Part shown: positions 1 through 12,000 of the stretch, piece by piece
Numbering within the stretch: position 1 is the first letter of the stretch
How the letters are laid out: every line of letters starts with the position of its first letter
Assembly: GCA_028712255.1 (NCBI GenBank)
Contig: JAQTQJ010000005.1
Span: 20,950-84,949 of the forward strand
Direction: 5' to 3'
Length of the DNA: 64,000 nt
Source of the DNA: Candidatus Omnitrophota bacterium
GTDB lineage: Bacteria; Omnitrophota; Gorgyraeia; Gygaellales; Profunditerraquicolaceae
Translations under genes and position numbers: made by a program
The notes under the pieces: generated by a model
What the model saw: only the letters and a program-made list of their open reading frames with translations
Databases searched by the model: none
What the model was told of the DNA's origin: nothing

Positions 1-1
1 T

Positions 2-3000
2 TCGTTTCTTGTAGAGATAACAAAAGGAGGAAGAATATCAGATGGGGCTCTAGAAGTTTTGGCAGAGGCTTTTGGTCGGATAAATATAACCGGCGCAGAT
101 AAAGAGTTGCATCTTGCAGCACTTGTTTCAATTGTTTACCTTGTCCTTCCGGGGATAGATGTATCAGAGGTTATGTCAATTTATTTGGAGAAAGAGAAAG
201 AGTATTTGACAGGGGTTGGATTAAAAGAAAGAGTAAATTTGGCAGCGTTTGTGGGGCTCATGGCCATGCTTTATTATCAGGATAAAAACGGTAGAGATGG
301 TGTTTTGTTTAAAAATTCATTGAGTATTCTTAGAACCTTTATTTCCGAAAGTTATTTAAATGTGAGAGACGTCTTGGAGGTTGCTTTAGAGCAGGATATG
401 GAATTAGCCATGGAGTTATTTCATTGGATATTAATAGAGAAGGCTGATTTCCTTTTTTCTGCTCTGACCGCAACGGATATAGATGAAGCTGGCGAAACAG
501 ATTTTATTATCGATGGTGTATTCCTGGCGGATTATTTATTGATGCATACCATGTATCTTACAGTTATAAAACCCGATTCTAAAAGATTAGTGAAGTTATT
601 AAAAATAGACCCGCTCAATACTTTAATCAAAACAGCCATGGCAGAAGCTGTAAATCCAGCCGCTAAAGGCTTAGATTTCTTTGTAGGTTATTCTAATGTG
701 GAAAAGTTTTTCAAACGATTCTTCTATCCGGGTATGGCCTCCGAAGTAGAACTTGTTAATGAGATTAACGAAAGATTAAATAGTTTTCCGCAAAGGGATG
801 CATTAGGAGAAGCACTGGAGATTGAATTGTTAGTCAGATTTTTGTCTGATGAAGACATCGGGATTTTTAGCGATACAAGAAAAAACATCAAATCAAGAGC
901 AAGTATTTTGATTGCATCTGTTAAAGAATGTGTGAGCCCTGCGGTTATGTCAAGATCAGGCTTACAGCGTGCGGATGCAATCATAGCCGAAAAAGTTAAA
1001 AAGTTTATTGGAGGTGACGGTTTATTAAATAAGGAGGCGATGGCAGGCCTTTTAGAAGCCATAATCTATTTTTCTGAAGATGTTTTAATGGATATTTTTA
1101 GTAATGTTGTTGTGCCTTTTGCCACTAAAGGCCAGTTTAACTTTGGGGGCCGTACTTATAATGTTGAGCCAGGACAAGTGAGCAAAGCTACTGAAATATC
1201 TGTAAGTTCGCTTATCCGGGTGTATCTTGGGCATGGGCATCCTCAGTTTGAAATGCTTAAGCCGATTTTTAGGCGCAATATCAGAAAAATTTATGAACTG
1301 AGCCCGGACCCTGGGAAAAGGATAATAAGGGCAAGCATTGAAGAAGCAGGAGCTGATACCCACGAAGTGCTAGAGGTAAATGAGAGAACAATTACTTTTC
1401 ATGCGCAGTTGCCTCGGCAGCTAGTTTTAATAAATTTAGCTAAAGATAAATACGTACAGAGAAGTGATATTTTAGAGACAAGCGTAACGGAAATCAAAAG
1501 AGGCAACGCAATAACCGTAACCGCAGAGCCGCTTACTTTTAAACAGGAAGAGATTGTCCGGCAAGCAATTGTTGATGGCCTTACGCAAAATAGTGGCCGG
1601 ATGCTTACCGCTGAAGAGCTCGCTGAGCATGATCCAAAAGGGACGGTATCCAAAAATAAAACGATAGTTTATGTATTGCCAGAATTAGCTATTACAGATC
1701 ATTTTTTAGTGGCGTATGCAAATAGGCAAATGTTTGGTATGCGGGTTTTTATTTCAGAAGCCAAATGGGTATTCATTAAAGGTTTACATGAAGATACCAA
1801 AGTGGAATTTTGGAAGCACGAAGTTTTAGGGCATCTTAAACATCCGTTATGGAGCGAAGCAGAAGTTAAAGCAAAGTATCCTTCAGAGATGGTGGTGATA
1901 CCGGCGACCGATCAGGCTACTCTTCCACAGATGCTTAAATTAGCCCTGGAATATGGCGATCCAATCGCCGCCGTAACATTAACCAGGGAGAAATTCCGCA
2001 ATTACGGACCTCCTAATGAGCCTGTTAATTGGGATGAATATTTAGTTTGGTTAGTAGAAAAAAGACACACCTATGCCCTTGAGCAAATCTTGAATAGTAC
2101 ACCTGATGATAGAGAAAAAATAAAAGCTTTGATGGAAAGAATCATCTTTATTAAAACCAATAATCCCAAGTTAAGAAAAATAGAATATAGTCCAGAGATA
2201 AAGCAAAAATTATTGGATGTCTGGATATTCGCTCTCTATAGCCCGGATATAGAAAAATTAACCTCTGCTTTGGCGTTACTAGAAGAATTGAATGCGCAAT
2301 ATCCATACCAAAATGATGGATTAGAAGATGGGGATTTAGTTGTTGGTAAGACTGCAAGGCCCTGTCTTACTTTTCAAATTAAGACTCAAGTTACAAAAGA
2401 ACGCAAACGTAAATTGGTGAATTCTCTTAGAGAAGCTATAGTTGCTTTAGGTTTTGGAGAATTAAAAATCCAAGATACACAGGAATGCCCCTTATCTGCA
2501 TTTGCGGAATCTTTATTAGCTCAGAATCGTTGCATAGTTCCTGCAGGAACGCAGGTTGTATTTCAAGATATAGCCGGCCGATATGCGATTATATTAAAGC
2601 CTAATATAGGCCGAGAATATTCGGTTGCTTTTTCTGACAGACAGACATTGCAATCTGAAGATTTTACTGTAGCAGGCTCTTTTGTTCCAGGTAGTACAAG
2701 AATTCAAGATATAGAAATAGTCGTTGGTGGCATAAGAAAGAATTTACTGGATTTTATAGTTGAAAAAGGCTTTGCACCCGAAGCTATCAAAGAGAATAGT
2801 TTATTTCTTGAGGCAAGTTGTTGTTTTATTTATAACCCTTCTGATGGCAAATTACGTATGATCGAGGGGCGGCAGGTTAAACAATTTAAATACAAAGCGG
2901 ATACAGGCGAGATTACCTGGTGGAATAGTTACTTGCCTCGTTTAAAGATATTTTCTGATAATCAGACAGGATCAGCCCGGGGAGTGTTGCCCGGGGAAAA

Positions 3001-6000
3001 GGTTATTTTTGTCCATAGCCACGGCATAAAAAGAAGAAAAGAAGAGTTGAGAGCTTCTAGCATGGATGTTGATTTTGGCATAGCCTGGACAAGGTGGAGC
3101 TCTATTTTTAGAGTAGGATTATCAAATTCTCAAAGCGACCTAGTTATGGGGACAGGAGATAGCCATGATCTGATAATTAGCGAAACAAGGAATGGTTTTA
3201 AATTTCTTTTACTACATTGCAGCGTTCAAGAAAACTATGCCGTTTGTATGAGCAAAAAGTATAATTTTTCTACACACCGATGGGAGAATGAAGGAATAGA
3301 AAAAATAGAATTTGCTTCAGGTATTCCTGGCGCATCTTATGCTAAAAACGGGGGTGTAACTTTAGTTTGCAGAGATAACGCAGAGGCTTTGCCTACGGAT
3401 GCAGATTCGTGGGGACGGCGTTTAGCGTTGTCCCATGAAGCAATAAGCGCAGATTTTTTAAGTAACGGTGATTACGCCTGCGCCATAGCTGCTTTGAGGT
3501 TGGCATTAGTACATTTACCTAAAGGAGTGAAAAATAAAAATATAAGAGACAGGATTCAGGAAAAGCTAGCGCAGCTTATAGTAGGGCGGGAAGCATCTCA
3601 TCCTAATAATGGAAGCAATCATTCAGAATTAGATTTAGGCGCCTCTGGTTTCGAAGGCGAGGCAATGTTTGCAGAAAGAGCAGCAGAGGTTAAATATGCG
3701 CAGAGCCACTGCGTGAGTAAGCTTAATAATGATAATGAATTGATAGAAGGCGTACGCTGTTTCTTAAGGCAGCTTGATTTATTCCGATTGGCTGATAAAT
3801 ATAAAGAAATTGAGGTTCGGGTAATAGGAGGTATGGGATTTAAGCACCGCGGATGGTGGAATATTGAAAATGGTAGATTGATAATCTATATTAAAGAAAC
3901 ATACGCATCCGATGTTCTTGATTTACAGAAAGTAATTCTTCATGAGATACTGGCGGCAAGCAGAAATCCTGTTTTTGCCGGTAAAGAAGGGCACAATAAC
4001 AGCCTAGCCCTAGAATGTTTATATACCTCCTTCTGTTTGGATTCAAAGCAAATGACAATAGGCGAGTTATTAAGATCTTATGATCCACATGGATTGTTGC
4101 GTCGTATAATTTTCAGAGCTATTCTTTCTCATCAGGAAGTAATCGATGCGAAGCTAGATTTAGGCGCATCAGCCAAAAAACGCCAGCCTGAGCCTACCGT
4201 GTCTTCATTGTCAAGGGTAGCGAAAGTTATTTTATGTTTAATTTTAGCATCTGTAGTTATTGTAGCCCATGCGGTATGGTTATTATTGTTGATTATGTTC
4301 GGTGGTGCTTCACAATTTAATTTAATGGATATATTTGGGATAAATATTACATGGGGTTGGTTGATTATGATGGAGACTATGATTGCAGTGGGGTTAATGT
4401 TTGCTTCGTTTATCATGGATGATGGTTCTATAGTTATAAGCGATGTGAATCTGCATAAAGGCCATACATCTCCTAGGGCTACGGAGGAAGATATTGTGCT
4501 AAGCAATGAACAGGCTATAATGTGGATTCAAGTGAAGCAGGAGCAGGGAGCAAAAACAATCTCCGTTCTAGGCGGTAAACCGGTTAGTATCAAAGAAGCG
4601 ATAGAAGGTGTTAATGACGGAAGATTCGCTGGTTCTCTTACTGGAGGAGATAACAAGCTTATACTGCAGGTAAAGTATCCTTCTGAAAAATTACCTACCA
4701 ACGCTTACAATTCAGATGTTCCTTGCGCGACGCCTCCTGTCCTTACTATTATTGATACCTATGAGGCGGCAGAAGAATTCTTTATTCGCCGAGGCTGGAA
4801 ATCGTTACCGAGATGGGTGGTGGGAATATTTGTTAGCCCTTGGTATGAATTTCAATTCAAGTGGATTTTGCATCCTGTAAAATTTATAAGAGCGCACATT
4901 AATAAAAACATATGGCAGCTTATTTCGCGGATTACTGGCGTAATATTTATGTATGCGGCTATGCTATGTTTTCTATTTCCTGCCATATACCTGTTTTTAA
5001 CCGCGCCATCTTTTAACGTTCTGCCGAATATAATTCAATCCGTACTTTATGGCATCATGGCTTTTATCGGTGTGCACTTTGTATACAATATAGTATTCTT
5101 CTGGGCAATGCTAGTCTTAGGAGATGATTTGCGTTTTCATAGTGAATATAAGCGAGTTTTTACTGCTCAACAAATTCGAGGGTTTATTAGTTGGCTTATA
5201 GAAGGAGAATTGCAACATGAACGGCAGAGGATTGTTATTGGTTTTGTTGAGGGGTACTCAGAAGGTATTTTCCGGAGGGAGGGCGTACGTATTCATGTTG
5301 CCAAGGAATTTTTGGATAGTTTTAGTGAATTATTAATAAGGCAGAAATTACGAAATGCTCTTGTGGATAGGGATTACAAGGAACAGGATCAATATTCTCG
5401 CGCTTTAGAATTAATAATTCAGCAGGCCAATATTATTTTAGGGCCGCAATTGTTTGAAGATTCTTCCGTTGAAATAGTTGACTTAGCTAGGCGTTATCTT
5501 ATTGATGCAGTTGTCAAACATAGTGCTTGGCTTATTACTTTCAGCGGTATTTTGAGTGTGTGGGAAGGTGTTGTGCATAGTATGGAGAGCCAGGTAGATG
5601 CTCGCCAGTTCGGCGAATTTATGAATCGATTATACAGGATAGCTATAAAAGAGCTAGATGTTGAATGGGTTATACGTAAAGGAGCAGTATTGGACCGGGA
5701 GATAATGGTTGTTATTGGAAGAAAGATGCTTTCATTGATTCCTGATCATAATTTCGAACCCACTATTTATAGCGTTTTAATGATTACTCCGGATTTCTCC
5801 TTAGAGGAAGTTAGAAAACGCATTATGTATCTATTAAGTGATTGTATTACCGATGAAACAATTAATTCTTTAAAAGAAATTCTAGTTAAATTAGATAAGG
5901 AGAAAATTAATCCGGAAGCCCAAGCTAAAGTTATAATGGCTTTAAAATATCTTTGTTTTGATGTGAATCCTGGGATATCTAAATTTGCGCGTATTCTCTT

Positions 6001-9000
6001 AGAGGCCTTTGAGCCTAGTTTTCAAAGGGGCCAAACCAGGGTTGATTACGCAATAGTAATAGGTATGGCTTCTGTTTTAACTGCAGTTATTGGTTTAGTT
6101 TTTAATGTAGAGATTTTAGATATAATTAATCAGATCGGCTCCTGGCTTACTGTGCTTTTTCATAGCCCTCCAATACAAGTTAATTTTAATTCTTTACCCG
6201 CCATATCAATTGTAACTGCAATTCCCCTTATTTGTTTAATCGGAAATTTCACACATTTTAACTATGTTTTTGAGCCTCAAGGATATATGTTTTTACATGA
6301 AGATGAGGCTGTTCGGGGTTTAGCAAGGAGAGCATTTAATCTGGCTACAGGAGATTTCTATAGGCAGATATTTAAAGAGATTGGCTTAGGTGATAGGGTG
6401 AGAATATTAGATATCGGTTTCGGCGAAGGTTCACATGTAGCCAGCCTTCTTTCGCAAACAAGACATAAGATTGTTGGCCTTGAAGTTATGCCTGAGTATG
6501 TGAAAAAGGCAAGAGAGAAAGATCCTTTGCAGGAGGTGATTGAAAGCGGATGGTATCATATGCAATTTTCTGATAATTTTTTTAATGCAGTTAGCGGGGT
6601 TAATGCGCTTTATTTTGCCGGAAATGAAAAAGAGTTAAGATGGTTAATTACGGAAATTGACCGGGTAATTAAAGCAGGCCCTGACGGGGTAAAAAGGATT
6701 TATCAGCTTTTTGATCGGCCGCTTACCCAATATTGGTTTACTATTGAAGAATGGTCGGTAATGGAGTCTTTAGGTTTATCCACTCCTGCTTTAAGAGTGA
6801 TGAATAATGGATGGAGAAGATTCTTTACAGTCTTGAGTAGCATTTTTAATGAATTAGGTTATGAAGTTAAGCTTTCTTATGTAACCAAAGAGGCGCAAGG
6901 AGAACGCACTGTCTCTCAAAAACAATTAACTTCAAGCTCACGCGGAAATAAATTCTTCTATGATGTAAATGGCAATCGGTCAGTTGAATATAGTAGTTTG
7001 ATTAGTGAGCCCTATGTGGCAGAAGAGGTGGGCGTTTATATTGTGAGGGCATGGAGACGAGAATCCGTCACTAAAGAAGATATGGTGATTCCTTCTGTTG
7101 CCAACGGTTTCTTTGGAAAACATATAAAAATAGATCAAGCGATGGCAGAGAGGTTGATTAAAAGACTGTTTACTCCCGAAGAATTACCAATTGTTAGTTA
7201 TTCTATTGAGCGCCATGAAAATGCGGAAGCCAAAGGTAAGTCACACTGGAAAGCGATAGGTGAACAAAGGAAGGTAAGTGGATATGAATTGGTAAGGGCA
7301 AGGTTGGAATTGTTGCAGATTCTTATTTACTTAGGCTATAAGAATGAAGTGGATTTAATTTCTATGTTTACCGAAATCCAAAATTTATCTTCGCGTAAAG
7401 AATTCACTGATTTCCGGGATAAAATAAAATCAGCCAGAGATACTGAGCAATTAAGGTTAGTTCTGGATGGGTTAATTTCGGTATTCTGGGGCCAGGGTTA
7501 TAGTAATGTAAATAAATACATGCCTATCTTTGAGTTTTTGGTTAATGGTTTACTAGACAAAGATATTTTCAGATTTATAGAAAATTTAGATATACCGTTA
7601 GAAGAACAAGGGGTCCTTAAGAAATTTATAATTTCCTGCGCTACTTTCCATCAGCTAGCCTATATTATTTTTAGTCTATGGGGTATTAATGTGCAGGCTG
7701 CATTTGCTCCAAGCCATGCGTTTCTCCTTATGCCAATTAACCGGCAAAAGGCCATAATTGTTGATTACAGCCTTGAAGTGGTGCGTGTAATTGACCTTTG
7801 GAAATATACTCGGAAAGGAAGAAAATTTGTTCTAATAGAAGAATATCGGGCTCCGTTAGGAAGAGTAATTGCGATTCGTAAGCAAGTCCGCGATGGTAAT
7901 TTAAAAGACATAAGCAGCCTTTTAGACGAAGAATTACTTAGTTCATATTATCCATATATTGAAATTGTCCCAGCCTACGGTTTTACCACAGGTATTTATA
8001 ATGATGTGGGTACTGTTTATAAGGAATTGGGCATGTACCATGAAGCAGGTGGCTATTTTCAGCAAGCTATTAAATTAATGCCCAGTCTTCCTGATGTCCA
8101 CTTTAACTTAGGCGTTACCTATTGGTGTCAGAATAGACCAAGAGAAGCAGTTGAAGAATTAGAGTTAACTACTAAGTATGATCCCGATGACACCGATGCT
8201 TACTATAATCTTGGCACGATTAATTTAGAATTAGGCAGGCAACAAAAAGCAATGACGGCATTAATAAAAGCAATTGAGCTTAATCCCCTTTTAATCGAAG
8301 CCCGTTATAACTTAGCCAATATTTATATGACGCAGGGTAGGTATCTAGAAGCAATCGAACAATACGAAATAGTAATTGTAATAAAACCCGATTTTGCACA
8401 AGCCCATTATAATCTTGGTATAGCTTACTGGCAGATAGGTAATCGGGATAAGGCGTATGAGGTGTATATTCGAGCCATTATATTTTTTAGAAGATGTCTT
8501 AATACTTTACCTCCCGAGGAAGATATGGTCGGGACAAGAATAGATGATCATTCTGTTTCTGGTGCAACTGAAGATGATGTAAGGCGGGAGTTATTAAGAT
8601 TGAGGGAGTTAAGGCTGATTTCTGAATATACGTTAATAGAAGAGGATCATATAATAGAAAGAGCCAGTCAGCTCTATCAGCAATTAACTGGCAAGATAGT
8701 TGATCTTAGAATTTCCAATATTCATTTTAGAAGAGCTCCCTTCGCAAGTAGATACCGCGCTTTCTGGTTGCGCGAAGATAACAAAATAAAAATATATATA
8801 AAAGGAGAGGCTACGGCGTACGATATCCTGCATGAATTCCTGGCTATTTTAGACAAGACAGGCCATTTGTCTAATGTAATTCTTAGTTGTGCTTACCTGC
8901 CTTTATTTGCAAGGAGATTTATTTACAGAATTGTCAATGGTAGGAATAATTCTGCTGTAGATTTTGCTTCTTATGGGGGATTTGCGCGTTTAGGCAGGTT

Positions 9001-12000
9001 TTTAGTAGGGACGGTTCTTGCTCTAATTGGTAAGCTGTCCCTTAAAAGGGGCACTTCTAGCTTTGACACAAGAAACGACCCTAAAAATGTACCGCCTTTC
9101 GTTTTTATATCAGATAAATTCACTTCGCGCGAGAAGCAATTGATTCAAAAAATAACAGCCGAAGTTATTGGTTTGCTTGTCCCTCAAGAGAAGCAGCAAA
9201 AACTAGCCCTACACCCACTTTTTTTCAAGAGAGTGAATGCGTTTGATGTGCTTGTGGATCATAAATTCATATGTACTTTGTACATTCTCAGTGTGTTAAT
9301 TATGTCAGTCGTGAACATCATACTAGGCAGAGATTTATTTTTTAATATTACGACATATCTAGTTGTAGTAGCAATATTATGGGTTGTCATAAACTATAAG
9401 TTCTATAGTTCGGATTTTTCGTATTATATTCAAGGAATAAGGAGGAGGCATAAAATTCTTATTGGCTCTTATATATTTGATGAGCAACTGGTCTCTATGG
9501 TAGCGCATGAAATGTATCATTATCTGAATTCCATTGGTTTAATTAAAAATCCTGATTTAACAACAGCTTTTGACATGCTTTTTACTTTGGAACACTTTGG
9601 GGAAGAAGCTCTTGATGATCATGATTGGTTGGAAGCTGGAGAGATACTTATGGGGATTCCAAATCCGGAAGTTAGGGAAAAAATTTTGTTAAAAACTGCA
9701 AGAATCAGCAGGTTTGCTTTATTGATGAGAAAAGTTTTCGGGTATTTACCTGAGAGATCATGGGGATATATGTATGGGCGCCTCCAAGCAGCCAATGCTT
9801 ATGCATTATCGAGTGTTTTGAATGGCCCACAAGAGGTCAGTTTTATTGCTCGGGATGCCTTGGAATACATAATATTACGCGTCCATGGCTATGAGCCTGG
9901 CGCGGCAGAAGAAACCATTAGAACATATATAAATAATAGGAACAGTTCTGCTTCCATTGGAAAACCCCATCACCTGCGCCCCGTTACGCAGTGGTTGGCT
10001 GGCCAGATTCTCAGGATTGTTGCTCGTCAAAAAGATAATATTTTCTTTAAAGTCTATCGGGAAACCTACAATGCCAACTTAGCCTACATTCAAGAAATCA
10101 ATGGCAACCGAGGCCCGCCTATATTAAAGAAATTTCTTGCTTTTACTCGCCCCATTGCCCGCGGCCTTACTCCTGATGGCGCTATCTGTTGGCTTATTCC
10201 GGTTAAATTTACTACTCAAGAATACCTTTCCGATGAAACCATTGCCTCTATTAGTAAACACGAATCCCAATCTACAGAATTAGAAGGCTTAATCGCGCAG
10301 TATAAATTAGGGACAGTTCTGAAACCAATAGAGAACCGTTTCTCATTTAAGGGGCATTTTAGTTTCGGCTCAATAATCGTCTTCAATAGTTTTTTGAGGC
10401 GCCTGTTTATTTTAGCGGCATTTATAAGTTTAGGAATAGGGCTTTTTTATGCCGCGAGCATAAGCGGGTTGATGAATTGGTATTTGGAAATAAAGGGAGT
10501 TATTCCTGAAGGCTCTTTGATAGGCTCGCCGAAAGCCATATTATTAGATATGCTCACGGGGGTATTGATTTGGGGCTTGCCTGATTTAGCCGGGCAGTAT
10601 TTAAAAGGCAGCCGCATAATATTAAAACAGGCCTTTATTTTGGCTTTTGCCGGTTTCTTTATCGGCGCCCTTTTGCATTTACTTTATAATTTTCCCGAGG
10701 CCGTTCTTCCCTATTTTATGTCACTTTTGGCAAGCAATATCCTGTTGGCAAAAGTGGCAGCCATAGGCGTTGTCCTGGTGATCGGCGTAGGCATCGCCGT
10801 AAGTTATGGCCGCCTCATCTCTTATTTAAAAGCTAATTTCAGAAAAGAAGAGGAAACCGGCAGAGGAATAGAGGCTTTGAAACTTTATGAAGTGCTCTTG
10901 TATAAACTTTTTGTAACTCCAGTTGTTTTAATTTTCATCGTTTTAACGTTTGAGCCGGTATTGCGTGTATTAGTTTCATTGCCTGTTGAAATAATAAAGA
11001 TGATACCGGTAGGGTACCTTATGAACCGTAGAGAGCCGCTTTTTATCACAGGTATTATTCAAAATATTGCTAGGTTTAAGCATTCTGTTGGATATGCCCG
11101 CGGGCGCAAGGATGTTTCTTCTATGCTTGATTCTCAAACTACAAGCGGCCCGGTAAATGGGGACGCTCCCCAAGGGGACACCCTTTATTGCAGCATTATT
11201 CCGGTTGACCCCGCATTATTGGCGCGTTGGGGTAAGCTATTAGCAGGGATACTTCTTAAGCTAATCGAAAAAGTGTCCTGTATCCGTGAAGGGGACAGGT
11301 TCAGCTTTGGTGTAAGAAGCGTCCTTAAATCTATAGGTATCGTAGCGGTTTTTGTGGGCAGCGCTTTTATGATGGCGCATGGGTTAAAGTCAACTGCCGG
11401 CACTGAAGGCTCTTTTGATGTGTATAGTTATATAGTAATTTTTGCCGTTAGTTTTTTAGCAGTATTGTATTGCGTGCTGTTCTTAGGGGCAGCGCTAATA
11501 AACGCTATGACAGATGAATCCGCCAAGAGGGCTTTTGAGAATCAATCTCTCGGGGTATATTATTTGAACCGTGGGGAATACAAAATGGCAAGCTGGTATT
11601 TCAGAAGGGCTGTAGAGTTTGCTCGTAATAGCAGAAAAGACAAATTCCGTTCCGCGTTGGTTGTGGAGAATGTTATGATGGAGGTTTCACGGACAGATTT
11701 CGTAAAAGCATGTGAGCGCGCGCTGGATGCGATACGCAGGTATTTAGATTTAGGCCAGGCCAGAAAAGCAGCTGATATAAAGGTAGGCATTGATAATTCA
11801 ACAACTACAATTATAGCGAGAGAAAACGTGAGGCAGCATGGCCCATTTATGGTTACAAATGAAGAGCCTTTTTCTCATGGCTGTCTGCAATCAGAAATAG
11901 TAAACGCCGATGATCCCTGCGTGCAAAGAATATTAACTGGCGCTTTCGGCGGATTTAACGCCAACAGCCGCTATTACCTTCTCTTTGGCCATTTAGATAT

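Noticed and set aside
42-53. ATG at 42 preceded by an AAAGGAGG Shine-Dalgarno sequence, considered as a possible start of the giant gene.
   Set aside because: It is in a different frame and terminates at TAG 51-53 after three codons. It is at most a tiny upstream ORF.
3951-3965. HEILA (VILHEILAASRNP) in the N-terminal region of the giant protein as a possible metalloprotease site.
   Set aside because: It is HEXXA, not HEXXH, so it lacks the second zinc-ligand histidine. Only the HEMYH at 9506-9520 fits the consensus.
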